58,920 nt of DNA, from the IMG/VR virus record IMGVR_UViG_3300027782_000095, positions 1-58,920 of that record; one strand, 5' to 3'. The notes under the pieces were generated by a model that worked only from the letters and a program-made list of their open reading frames with translations, did no database searches and was not told the DNA's origin. Within the stretch, counting starts at the first letter, position 1, and each line of letters begins with the position of its first letter. This document shows positions 26,821-36,314 of this stretch, piece by piece. The stretch comes from a virus (lineage: Duplodnaviria > Caudoviricetes). A program made the translations under genes and the position numbers.

Positions 26821-27932
26821 TGAATAAAAGAGAAGAAATCCAGCAAGAAGCTCTGGATGTTGCACTAAAACATAAAAGATGTGGTTTAGGAATATCTATG
26901 GGTGTTGGAAAAACTCTTATTGGTCTTAATTATATAACTCATTTGCAGGGGAAGAATATGGGGAAGCTTAGGGTGCTCATTGTAGCACCCAAGCTCTCTA
27001 TATTTGATAGCTGGACAAATGATGCAGATAAATTTAAGATTGATATAACTAACGTAGTTTTTACCACTTATTTATCCTTAAATAAACACCATAACTATGA
27101 TTATGATATAGTAGTGTTAGACGAGTGCCATAGCTTATTAGAGAACCATTTATTATTCTTCACTCAATATAAAGGTAGAATATTAGGTCTCACTGGAACT
27201 CCTCCTAGACATCCTAGCTCAGAAAAAGGACAGATGGTAACTCAACTATGTCCTATATTGTATAAATATATTACAGATGATGCTGTAGATGATGACATTC
27301 TTAATGACTATAGAATTATAGTGCATAAGATGAGATTGTCTTCTGCTAACACCATAGCTATTAAAACCAAAACTACACAATTCTATACATCTGAAGTAAA
27401 GAATTACGCATATTGGTCACAAAGAATTATGGAAGCTAATACTAAAAAGCAAGAACAAATAGCATCTATTATGAGAATGAGAGCATTAATGGACTTTCAA
27501 ACAAAAGAACATTATGCTAAAAAATTAATAAAAGGTATTGATCAGAAATGTATCATATTTGCTAACACTCAAGAACAAGCAGACAGAATTTGTGAGCATT
27601 CAGTGCACAGTAAAAATCCTGATGCAGATGAAAATCTACAGAAGTTTAAAGATGGTGACATTGAAAAACTTTCTTGTGTAATGCAACTTAATGAAGGTGT
27701 TAATATACCAGAATTAGGTGCTGGTGTTATTCTGCATGCGTATGGTAATGAACGCAAGTCATCACAAAGAATAGGAAGGTTGTTAAGACTTAATCCTGAT
27801 GAGATGGCTGTTATACATATACTATGTTATAAGAACACTGTAGATGAAAGATGGGTGGGAGAAGCACTTAGAGATCTTGATCAAACTAAAATTAAAAACT
27901 TTGATGTAGATGAGTCAAAATTTAGTAATTAA
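26820..27932 (+). CDS. SF2 DExH helicase (UvsW-like)
   Basis: MGVGKT, LDECH, GLTGT, NEGVNIP and QRIGR motifs. Confidence 0.9.
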   Translation: MNKREEIQQEALDVALKHKRCGLGISMGVGKTLIGLNYITHLQGKNMGKLRVLIVAPKLSIFDSWTNDADKFKIDITNVVFTTYLSLNKHHNYDYDIVVLDECHSLLENHLLFFTQYKGRILGLTGTPPRHPSSEKGQMVTQLCPILYKYITDDAVDDDILNDYRIIVHKMRLSSANTIAIKTKTTQFYTSEVKNYAYWSQRIMEANTKKQEQIASIMRMRALMDFQTKEHYAKKLIKGIDQKCIIFANTQEQADRICEHSVHSKNPDADENLQKFKDGDIEKLSCVMQLNEGVNIPELGAGVILHAYGNERKSSQRIGRLLRLNPDEMAVIHILCYKNTVDERWVGEALRDLDQTKIKNFDVDESKFSN

Positions 27933-28305
27933 ATACGTAAAGAAAAAAGGACTGCTAGAGTTTCAATCTCTAGCAGCTTCTAAAAAGTTTGAAATATTTG
28001 TTTCAAATATACCTGAGAATACTATTGTAGAATGTTTTTATGAAGTGCAACATGATGATGGTACATTACCACAGCTTGCTAAGATTCATGCAATGATTAA
28101 AGAGCTTTCTATGTTTACTGGTGAAACTGTTGAGAATATGAAGCTTCTTGTAAAAGATAAAGCAGGCTTATGTATTATAAGAGAAGTGTCAGGCAAAGAA
28201 TATTTCTTAGCCAAGTCATTTGGTGATTGCTCTAAAGATGAGCTTTCTCTTGCTATTCAGGCGATAATTGAGATAGGTCAGTCAATAGACTATCATCTTC
28301 AATAA
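27910..28305 (+). CDS. NinB-like hypothetical protein
   Basis: TLPQLAKIHAMI...TGET...KSFGDCSKDEL resembles the NinB layout. Confidence 0.4.
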   Translation: MSQNLVIKYVKKKGLLEFQSLAASKKFEIFVSNIPENTIVECFYEVQHDDGTLPQLAKIHAMIKELSMFTGETVENMKLLVKDKAGLCIIREVSGKEYFLAKSFGDCSKDELSLAIQAIIEIGQSIDYHLQ

Positions 28306-28639
28306 TACTTTTAATAGTTTCTTCCATATTTTTTACTGCATCTTTCATATCAATTTCATATACAAGTCCTTGTTGTTCAGCAGCATATTCTAATTGTTGA
28401 ATAAGCAAACCTAATGTTGTAATATGTGTCATCCACTCTTCAGTAAATTGTTTATCACCTTTACTGATTTCTAAAAAAGAATCCATTTCTTTTTTATATT
28501 TTTCAATTTGATCTGTTGTTATTGATTTAGACATGAATGATATAACTTGATACAATTTTGTAATAATATTAGAATTAGCATCAAATTTAATGATTACTCC
28601 TTTTTTAATAGCTTTACCTTTTGGTATTGTATTTTCCAT
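28253..28639 (-). CDS. Antisense-oriented hypothetical protein
   Basis: Probable start MENTIPK at 28639; own TATATTTG element at 28655-28662 (minus); fills the gap between plus-strand genes. Confidence 0.6.
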   Translation of the reverse strand: MENTIPKGKAIKKGVIIKFDANSNIITKLYQVISFMSKSITTDQIEKYKKEMDSFLEISKGDKQFTEEWMTHITTLGLLIQQLEYAAEQQGLVYEIDMKDAVKNMEETIKSIIEDDSLLTDLSQLSPE

Positions 28640-28672
28640 ATAATTATTTTGTAACAAATATAACATAAAATT

Positions 28673-29389
28673 GTGACAGAACAAATAAATTTAGAAGACA
28701 TCAAAGTTAAGCTAATAGAGAAGCTCAAGCCTTCAGGCTGGGCTAACAAGCTTAGAGGTTTTATTCAAAGCTCAGACTTTGATAAAATCTTAGACACACT
28801 ATACAAAATGAGAGAAGATGGTAAGCGATTTACACCTCCTCTTAAACAAGTATTTAGGGCATTTGAAGAGTGCCCACACGATAAACTTAAAGTGATAATG
28901 ATAGGACAAGATCCATATCCACATTTAGGTGTTGCAGATGGATTAGCATTCTCATGTGGTAATACAGATAAACCACAACCCAGCCTTAAGAATATATTTG
29001 AAGCTGTAGAAAAGACAATACACCAAGAATGGCCAACCTATCAAGATCCCAATCTAGTTAGATGGGCTAATCAAGGTATACTTTTATTAAATAGTGCACT
29101 CACTTGTGAAATAGATAAGGTGGGAAGCCATTATTCTGTATGGAAAGAGTTTGTTGCATACACTATGGACATACTTAATTATACAGATTCAGGACTAATA
29201 TTTGTTCTAATGGGTAAACAAGCTCAAGAATTAGAAGCATTAATAGGACCACACCATCATATAATTAAAGTGAGCCATCCAGCCTCAGCTGCCTATACAA
29301 AGACAACATGGGACTGTGGTGATATGTTCAATGAAATAAACAAAATTATTAATGGACAAAATGGTCCAACATTTAAAATCAATTGGTAA
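28673..29389 (+). CDS. ung: Uracil-DNA glycosylase, family 1
   Basis: GQDPY, ADGLAFS, PSLKNI, LLLNSALT and HPAS motifs. Confidence 0.95.
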   Translation: MTEQINLEDIKVKLIEKLKPSGWANKLRGFIQSSDFDKILDTLYKMREDGKRFTPPLKQVFRAFEECPHDKLKVIMIGQDPYPHLGVADGLAFSCGNTDKPQPSLKNIFEAVEKTIHQEWPTYQDPNLVRWANQGILLLNSALTCEIDKVGSHYSVWKEFVAYTMDILNYTDSGLIFVLMGKQAQELEALIGPHHHIIKVSHPASAAYTKTTWDCGDMFNEINKIINGQNGPTFKINW

Positions 29390-29390
29390 A

Positions 29391-29708
29391 ATGGCAATCA
29401 ACAAAGTAGACTTAAAAGTCACACAACTAGTAAATGACCTTAATGAAGGTATGACATGGTTCAAGAAAGATGATCTTGGTTATGGTAGTATAGAAAATAA
29501 GTATGGTGCTAATGCTCCACAGATTATGGCTATTAGAAAACATCCAGCTCTTAAAGATGCTGAGACTAGTCTTACAATTTTTAACATTATAGACGACACT
29601 AAAAAAGAATCACATTCTGATCAAGTAATTGATGTTATGAATAAAACTAAACAAGTAGAAACAATAGAAACTGTTTCTGAAGCAGCAGACATCTTTGCAA
29701 ACCTTTAA
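29391..29708 (+). CDS. Hypothetical protein
   Basis: Probable start MAINKV. Confidence 0.6.
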   Translation: MAINKVDLKVTQLVNDLNEGMTWFKKDDLGYGSIENKYGANAPQIMAIRKHPALKDAETSLTIFNIIDDTKKESHSDQVIDVMNKTKQVETIETVSEAADIFANL

Positions 29709-29724
29709 TCAACCACACTTAGAC

Positions 29725-31050
29725 ATGGCAAGACAATTAAATAGACCTAGTCCTTCTCACAGTGCTACAACTTTTAATGTAGGATATAGAATGGTAGGTA
29801 ATGATGGTAGAACATGGATAGTTTCAGCTAATAGTGCAGGTGTTCAAAGATGGGTACCTGCAGGTGGTCCAAGACCATTAACACCAACACAACAACCAAG
29901 TATACAACAACCAATAACAACAAAACCCCTAAACATGGCAAAGACCAAGTCAATTACAAAAAAGACTACTCAAGAAGTACGTCACATTGAAACTTCCTTA
30001 ATTAACAAGGAAGAAGTATTTAAGATGCTAGCATTAGCAGAAGCTACAGGATTACCATTATTACTAATAGGTGAGCCAGGTGTAGCAAAGACTAAAACTA
30101 TTATAGAATATGCCAAAGCTTGGTTAAACAAGGATGGTAAGATGACAGCTGAAGATTTTCAGAACAAAATGTACATCTTAGAGACTGACGAGGGTACTAA
30201 AGCATCAGAGATTAAGGGTATGCCTGACTTAGGTAAGTTGTTCACTGAGAATACATATGAAGTGAATGCTCCTGTAGCAGAAGCTGATATTGTAATTATC
30301 AACGAGGTGGACAAAGCATCTAGTGCCATTAGAAATGCAATGTTAGGTGTAATGAACGAGAAGTTTTTATTCAATGGTAAGAATAAAATTCCATGTAAAT
30401 GGAAATTGTTTATTGCAACTTGTAATGAAATACCTAAAGATGAGAAAGACTCTCCATTCTGGGATAGATTTATGTTGAAAATGACTGTAAACAGAGTGTC
30501 TGCAGGTGATATGAGTAAGTACTATGCTAAAGGTGCACGTAACTATAAAGAAAGTTTTAAGATTGGCATTCCTAATCAAGCTGAATTAGATACTATAGAA
30601 ATACCTTCTAACAAGTTAGATAAGTATTTAGAAGTTGGCTATCAACACAGTTCAGATCGTACATTAACTTTTGTACCAAAACTAACTAAAGCTGTATCTT
30701 ATGTATGGGATATTAGTGTTGATAAAGCTCTTGTAAAAACTGCACAGATTATGATTAATCAATCTGCAGGAAGCGAACTTCAAAATAAACTAATGAGCCC
30801 AGAAATTAAGGCTGTTATGAGTAAAGTGGAAATGCTACACTCTCATAGTAACAACGAAGCTTTAGAGCTTGCAGTGGCTGAAATAGAAAGCTTGATTAAT
30901 ACATATGCATCTAGAGGTGTAATGGATAATGGTCAAGTGGAAGAAATAGAAGGCACTATGCAGTTTATTCTAAGTAATCATCCAGCTCGTACTGATTATC
31001 AAACATCAGAAGAGTTTGATAATCTAGTAGAAAGCACTAATCCATTTTAG
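29725..31050 (+). CDS. MoxR/RavA-like AAA+ ATPase with N-terminal extra domain
   Basis: GEPGVAKT, IINEVDKA, ATCNE and FWDRF motifs. Confidence 0.85.
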   Translation: MARQLNRPSPSHSATTFNVGYRMVGNDGRTWIVSANSAGVQRWVPAGGPRPLTPTQQPSIQQPITTKPLNMAKTKSITKKTTQEVRHIETSLINKEEVFKMLALAEATGLPLLLIGEPGVAKTKTIIEYAKAWLNKDGKMTAEDFQNKMYILETDEGTKASEIKGMPDLGKLFTENTYEVNAPVAEADIVIINEVDKASSAIRNAMLGVMNEKFLFNGKNKIPCKWKLFIATCNEIPKDEKDSPFWDRFMLKMTVNRVSAGDMSKYYAKGARNYKESFKIGIPNQAELDTIEIPSNKLDKYLEVGYQHSSDRTLTFVPKLTKAVSYVWDISVDKALVKTAQIMINQSAGSELQNKLMSPEIKAVMSKVEMLHSHSNNEALELAVAEIESLINTYASRGVMDNGQVEEIEGTMQFILSNHPARTDYQTSEEFDNLVESTNPF

Positions 31051-31069
31051 TTTTTTTTTCATATTTTAT

Positions 31070-31102
31070 CCCTGGGTGTTTCTACACCTGGGGTTTATTT
31101 TT
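31070..31102 (+). terminator. Hairpin/terminator between AAA and VWA genes
   Basis: CCCTGGGTG/CACCTGGGG imperfect stem plus T-rich tail. Confidence 0.5.
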
Positions 31103-31115
31103 AAATTAATTTATT

Positions 31116-32621
31116 ATGGCTAAAGAATATAAGAATGTATATACCATTCTTGAAAAAGTAAAAAAGGGTGAAATAGAAACCCATTATAAAGATAAAGATG
31201 GTTTATTTGGTAAGATTAATTTCTATAAGAAACCAGATCTTGTTAAACCCTATCTTCATTACATAGATGAGTGGAGATTAGAAAGCATTATGGACAGTCA
31301 TATGAGAGATAGTAAAATAGTTCAAGAAAGCTATGGTAAGTTTGCTAAAACTACTGACTACAAAAAAATTGATCCAAAACAACAACCTGATCAACAAGCA
31401 TTTTTTAGCAAATTTCAGGAAAACTATAAAAAGTTTCCTAAACATATGGCTAAAGACATCTTTAAGATGTTTTATAATCCCATAGAAAAGCTTGATTTTG
31501 AAGACAGGGATGAGAAGAACCATACTAAGTTTAAGTTCTTAGAAAGGGCTAATAACCCTGTAGGTAAGATTATGTCAGAACATAGCAATCTAAAGTCTGC
31601 TATATATGCACGTAACATCCTAGCTTATTTTATCACTCGTATGACTATTATGGATTTTGTAGATCCTAATGCATCTGAAGACATTAAGAATGGATTGAAT
31701 GGTCAATCTGATTTTGATAATGATGGTGTAGATAAAGCTATGAAACAAATGATGGATAGTACACAAGGTAAAAACATGTTAGATGATGCTATGCAGAAAG
31801 CTCAAGAGCTCTGTAAACAAATGGATGATGTAATGGATGGAGATGTTCAAGAACAAATGTTTGAAGCAGCTAATGAACCTGGAACAACTGGTGAAGCAGC
31901 CAAACTTAGTCCCAACTATCTTAGAACCATAGCAGCTAGTCTTGAAAACATATCTCTTTCTATGGGATCTCTTAAAGAAAAGATTAAAAAGCTAATGGAT
32001 AAGTCTGCTAGTTATTTTAGTTCTAAAAAAAAGACCATATATGAAGATCTTTTTAATTCAGATAATATAGCTGGATTAGAAGAGTATGAGATGTTACATC
32101 CCAAGCTTAGAAAGATATTTATAGAAGATGTTAATGTTAAAGACACTAAAAGTGTAGGTAAAATTGATATTTATATAGATAGATCAGGAAGTATGAGCTC
32201 TCATTGTGGTGTACAAAATGCAAATGGAAACAGTATAAGCAAAATGGATTTTTGTAAAGCTTTTACAGCTAAGCTTAAAGCCATGGATATGCTTAATGAT
32301 GTCTATACATTTGACAATAAAGTGAAGAAAGGTAAAAATGACGTTATATCCATAGCAATGATGGACTGTGGTGGTGGTACAACAATTGATAATGCAATTC
32401 AAAGTATAGAAAAGAATGGTAGAAATGCATTAATAATCACTGATGCAGAAGACAGCTGTTCTATTTATTCTGATAAAGCATTTTTTATTGGTGTAGAAGG
32501 AGCTAATTTTAACTATTTTAATGAAATCACTATTAAAGAATACTCTGACAAAGGTCAAGTGGTAGTATTTAATGGTGAAACTATACTAAAAGTTAATGAA
32601 TTTGGTCAAATAAGTAAATAA
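31116..32621 (+). CDS. VWA (MIDAS) protein, ViaA-like partner of MoxR
   Basis: DRSGSM, GGGTTI and ITDAED motifs. Confidence 0.85.
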   Translation: MAKEYKNVYTILEKVKKGEIETHYKDKDGLFGKINFYKKPDLVKPYLHYIDEWRLESIMDSHMRDSKIVQESYGKFAKTTDYKKIDPKQQPDQQAFFSKFQENYKKFPKHMAKDIFKMFYNPIEKLDFEDRDEKNHTKFKFLERANNPVGKIMSEHSNLKSAIYARNILAYFITRMTIMDFVDPNASEDIKNGLNGQSDFDNDGVDKAMKQMMDSTQGKNMLDDAMQKAQELCKQMDDVMDGDVQEQMFEAANEPGTTGEAAKLSPNYLRTIAASLENISLSMGSLKEKIKKLMDKSASYFSSKKKTIYEDLFNSDNIAGLEEYEMLHPKLRKIFIEDVNVKDTKSVGKIDIYIDRSGSMSSHCGVQNANGNSISKMDFCKAFTAKLKAMDMLNDVYTFDNKVKKGKNDVISIAMMDCGGGTTIDNAIQSIEKNGRNALIITDAEDSCSIYSDKAFFIGVEGANFNYFNEITIKEYSDKGQVVVFNGETILKVNEFGQISK

Positions 32622-32660
32622 AAATAGGGCCTCTATAAACATAGGGGCCCTTTTCTTTTT
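32622..32660. terminator. Bidirectional terminator between convergent operons
   Basis: AGGGCCTCTAT/ATAGGGGCCCT stem flanked by A and T tracts. Confidence 0.7.
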
Positions 32661-32707
32661 CTACCAACTGAAGGGAGTTGTTGATAGAATATTACGAGAG
32701 GGTTGTA

Positions 32708-32830
32708 CTATCTACCTTGACCTACATATTTCTTTGGTCGAGAAGAATGTTTATTATAAGACTTTTTAGCCTTTCCTGACTTACGTTTACCAAATGTTAT
32801 CTTTCTTAAGTCTCCTGCTGATTTAGCCAT
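32708..32830 (-). CDS. Small highly basic peptide (40 aa)
   Basis: Manual translation MAKSAGDLRKITFGKRKSGKAKKSYNKHSSRPKKYVGQGR. Confidence 0.6.
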   Translation of the reverse strand: MAKSAGDLRKITFGKRKSGKAKKSYNKHSSRPKKYVGQGR

Positions 32831-32853
32831 TTATTTCAATATTAAATTATTCT

Positions 32854-32994
32854 TTAAGAGTTTTTATCTGCTATAAATTTAGCTTGTTCAGCTTCCACCT
32901 TAGCTTTAGACTTATCTAAAATCTCTTGTACTTTTTCAGATACAGGTTTAGGTGCTGGAGAATTAGGGAATAAAGATTTAATTTCTTGTGTCAT
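32854..32994 (-). CDS. Small protein (46 aa)
   Basis: Manual translation MTQEIKSLFPNSPAPKPVSEKVQEILDKSKAKVEAEQAKFIADKNS. Confidence 0.5.
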   Translation of the reverse strand: MTQEIKSLFPNSPAPKPVSEKVQEILDKSKAKVEAEQAKFIADKNS

Positions 32995-33018
32995 AATATT
33001 TAAGTTTTAAATTGTTAA

Positions 33019-33708
33019 TTAATCCCACCAAAGGGTAACATTAGCGTTTCCTGCTGCAAATTCAAAGTCATAAGATATAAGAGCTGTAGCTAAATCTACT
33101 GTAGGCACTGATCCATAAGCTTCCAATACAAGACTATAGTTAATTTCTCCTGTAACAGGATCTGCTGGTCCATAACTATACATCATTATTTTAACACCAT
33201 ATAAAGTATTATATGCTGCAGCATCTATATCCCACATTTGAGCACCATCTGCTAAAGGAGTGGTTGTAACATCTAGAGTGGGATCAAAAAAAACATCATT
33301 ACTTTCTACAGCTGCCACCATTCCTGTTATTTTACCAGGAAATAAAACAGGGCCTCCAAATATTTCATTAGTAGGTATAATTTTAATTGTACCAAGATAT
33401 TGACTAATTACAGAATTTCCACTATACTGAAGTACTCCTCTCACTCTATAACTATTTACAGTGACAGCTGGAATAAAACCCATACCTTGACCACTAGGAT
33501 ATTGATATAAAGGACCTGCATTAAATAATGTAGATTCTGGATACCATACAAAAGGATAGTCAAGAGTATGTATTTCTTGATTAGCTTTACCTGTTTCTAC
33601 ATCATCTACCAGTCTATTAATGTGACCAAATCTTGCAAATTCTGTATCACCTTTTATTTTGCCTAATGCCCTATCAGGACTTGAAGGCTTAAATTTTCTT
33701 ATTGCCAT
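33019..33708 (-). CDS. Putative virion structural protein
   Basis: Short N-terminal anchor-like segment (FARFGHINRLV) plus a beta-rich body; lies in the late operon. Confidence 0.5.
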   Translation of the reverse strand: MAIRKFKPSSPDRALGKIKGDTEFARFGHINRLVDDVETGKANQEIHTLDYPFVWYPESTLFNAGPLYQYPSGQGMGFIPAVTVNSYRVRGVLQYSGNSVISQYLGTIKIIPTNEIFGGPVLFPGKITGMVAAVESNDVFFDPTLDVTTTPLADGAQMWDIDAAAYNTLYGVKIMMYSYGPADPVTGEINYSLVLEAYGSVPTVDLATALISYDFEFAAGNANVTLWWD

Positions 33709-33718
33709 TGTTATAATT

Positions 33719-34693
33719 TTATAAACTATTTAAAAATGCTGTTGTTAAATCTGTCCAGCCTGATACAGAGTTGTACTTTTGAAAAGTAGTAACTTCTACA
33801 TATGCATTATATCCATGGTCTACATTGATAAACGTACCATTACAATAGAATACATCTACATTAGCTCCTACATTAGCTGCTATAATACCTGATGCTCCTG
33901 TTAAGAATGTATTTGATGCTATTCTAATTTGTTCTGTACAATATTTCATAGAAGCTCCATACAAAGATGGTGTTGCTACAAAGTTGTAAGAAGCTAATAT
34001 AGTAGCTCTAAAAGCATGTAGTATAGAACAAAGTTTATAATGCTGATCATTATTAGCAAACACTCCTGTATTATATACTGGAGCAGATGCACTACCAATC
34101 ACCCAAGTAGCAGCTGTTGCTACAGCACCACATGTGTTATCTGTTAAAGACTCAGCTTGAGTTTTACCTTTTCTCCATATACGTCCTACATTACCAACTT
34201 GTGACACACCTATATGAGGCATATTAACTAAAAATAAAGCTCCATTAGTTGTAATATGAGAAGCCCATGCTTGTAGTCCTAATACACCTGTATGAGGATA
34301 ACCAGCTAATCCTGCACCAAAGAATGGTCCAAGAAAACTAGACTGCTGTGCAGAAGTCTGTCCTAGATTGTCAACATGCTCTATAGCATTAACATCATCA
34401 GAACATACGTCTGTACTAAGAAGCACATCTTTATAACTGTATCCTTGAGTTTTAATAAACTCTTTAGCAGCTTCAGCAAATCTTAAAGCTGGTACAGCAT
34501 CTTCATATTCACTTTGAACAGTGACTGTATAAGATGCTGGATTAGGTGGGAAAACAGAAGTTGTACAACACAAGTCTGCTGGAACTTCGTTCCATGTACT
34601 AGGGCCATTTGGAAATGAACCACTAGTTAAGATAAGACTACCAGGTACTATCTTTCCCTGTTTAGAATATCTTACAAATGCTCTTTTTTTCAT
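33719..34693 (-). CDS. LCIB/C-like (theta carbonic anhydrase fold) domain fused to an N-terminal virion-anchor-like peptide
   Basis: C97-S-D-D, GLAGYPHTG..G..A..SH146, PH160IG...G.VG...R.G and C188GA match the LCIB/C Cys-His-Cys signature. Confidence 0.75.
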   Translation of the reverse strand: MKKRAFVRYSKQGKIVPGSLILTSGSFPNGPSTWNEVPADLCCTTSVFPPNPASYTVTVQSEYEDAVPALRFAEAAKEFIKTQGYSYKDVLLSTDVCSDDVNAIEHVDNLGQTSAQQSSFLGPFFGAGLAGYPHTGVLGLQAWASHITTNGALFLVNMPHIGVSQVGNVGRIWRKGKTQAESLTDNTCGAVATAATWVIGSASAPVYNTGVFANNDQHYKLCSILHAFRATILASYNFVATPSLYGASMKYCTEQIRIASNTFLTGASGIIAANVGANVDVFYCNGTFINVDHGYNAYVEVTTFQKYNSVSGWTDLTTAFLNSL

Positions 34694-34700
34694 AGTTTAT

Positions 34701-34772
34701 TTATTTTTTAGGTTTTGAAATAGGTCTTGGCTTACCACAGCCACAACCATATATGTTATTATTTTTAGTCAT
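34701..34772 (-). CDS. Micro-peptide with GCGCG motif (23 aa)
   Basis: Manual translation MTKNNNIYGCGCGKPRPISKPKK; TAATG-coupled to the upstream gene. Confidence 0.4.
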   Translation of the reverse strand: MTKNNNIYGCGCGKPRPISKPKK

Positions 34773-35080
34773 TATACTTCTTTTTTATCAGACTTCTGTG
34801 TACCAAAATAGTAACTAAAAATCATGAGGGTTAATGTTTTTATGAGTTCAAATAAGTTTTCATTCTGTTGTACAGACAGCAATGGCATACCAAAAGCTAT
34901 CACCTTATCCACTACAAACACCCCTACTAATGCAGCAAATACTAATAGAATAAACCTAACTAGTAAGTCTTTAGTGTGGTTAATAAATAGCTTGTTGACA
35001 TAGTAGACACTTGCTGTGATAAAACACATACCCATTATTACACCAAGTATTACAACCCATAAATGTGGAGAGTTAAACAT
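34772..35080 (-). CDS. Membrane protein, holin-like (3 TM)
   Basis: Three hydrophobic segments and a YYFGT C-terminal motif; adjacent to the endolysin. Confidence 0.55.
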   Translation of the reverse strand: MFNSPHLWVVILGVIMGMCFITASVYYVNKLFINHTKDLLVRFILLVFAALVGVFVVDKVIAFGMPLLSVQQNENLFELIKTLTLMIFSYYFGTQKSDKKEV

Positions 35081-35676
35081 TAGACAAGTAGTTTATAGTA
35101 TTCGTTAAAGTGTTTTATTCTATCTGCAAGACCTATTGTACCACCATTTACCCTTTTTGTTACTGCTGTTACAGTAGCATCATCAGCACCTTTATCACAA
35201 ATAGCCCAAAGACCATTTTTATTAAAAAAGAAAGCTGCACTAGATAATGGGTATTTAGTAGCCACTAAATCTGGATTTGTTAAAATATCATCTTCTACAG
35301 TTTTATCAAAACTTGTATAATTGTCTTTTCCTGTCAATTGGATGTAACCACGACCTCTAAACTTATACCCATCACCACTAGCTTGATTACCATTACCCAT
35401 ACGATTAGCATATACAATATTGGCAATCTTTTCAGGCTTACGTTGATATTCTGCAGCACTTATAGCTGTGAAGTATTTCTTAAAGATAGTCTGTAACCCA
35501 CTAGCACTATAGTTTAAATTTTCTGAAACAGCTTTAAATCCACCTGATTCATGCCCACATTGGGCTAAGAAGTGAGCTAAACGTAATGTGGTTGTAATGT
35601 TAAATTTAGAAGCAGTGTCAGCAATTTGAGCAATTACACTGTCAGGAATATGTCCTTTTAGTTTATTTATATCCAT
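35080..35676 (-). CDS. Endolysin, glycoside hydrolase family 19
   Basis: FLAQCGHESGGF, ENLNYS, RGRGYIQLTG and VNGG..GL.DR motifs. Confidence 0.93.
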   Translation of the reverse strand: MDINKLKGHIPDSVIAQIADTASKFNITTTLRLAHFLAQCGHESGGFKAVSENLNYSASGLQTIFKKYFTAISAAEYQRKPEKIANIVYANRMGNGNQASGDGYKFRGRGYIQLTGKDNYTSFDKTVEDDILTNPDLVATKYPLSSAAFFFNKNGLWAICDKGADDATVTAVTKRVNGGTIGLADRIKHFNEYYKLLV

Positions 35677-36314
35677 TATTTATGAAGTTTAATTTTCCAA
35701 AATGATGAGACACCATACTGAATTTGTCCACCTTTATCTATACCTGCAGAAATACCAAATATTTTATCACTTTTACTTTTTAATAACAATCCTATATTAA
35801 TTTGATTTATAGGAGTTAATTGACTACCTTCTAATGATCCCCCAAAATATACTTGGTTTCTTTTTTTCTCAGGTATAATAATAGTTTCTTTTATAATTGG
35901 ATACTTTAAACTATAATGAGTGGACCTACCAGTTAATAAGTTTCTACTCACAGTGTCTGTAATATATACATGACCTATTGAGTCTATTTTAATGCTATCA
36001 CTAAATATGTTTTTAGCTAAAAGTTCTTTAACAAGTTCTTCATACTGTTTAATTAACCCTATATAACTTGTATCTGGTAGATATTCTGTGTTCCATCTAT
36101 CTATTGGCACAGCATAAGGTTCTGTTTTAATCAACTGAGGCTTACTATTAATAGTGTTATTTTTTTCAATCCAAGTTGTATCTCTTATTATCTTAAGACC
36201 AGTAGATGGAATATGATTGCCCCCACATCTTTGTAAAAGAATAATGATAAGAAGAGCAAATATTAATAGCTCAGATAAACTAATTTTATTGAGGCCCTTG
36301 AGTATCATCAGCAA
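35676..36314 (-). CDS. Spanin-like membrane protein
   Basis: N-terminal TM with Cys and a C-terminal amphipathic beta segment; between holin and endolysin. Confidence 0.5.
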   Translation of the reverse strand: MLMILKGLNKISLSELLIFALLIIILLQRCGGNHIPSTGLKIIRDTTWIEKNNTINSKPQLIKTEPYAVPIDRWNTEYLPDTSYIGLIKQYEELVKELLAKNIFSDSIKIDSIGHVYITDTVSRNLLTGRSTHYSLKYPIIKETIIIPEKKRNQVYFGGSLEGSQLTPINQINIGLLLKSKSDKIFGISAGIDKGGQIQYGVSSFWKIKLHK

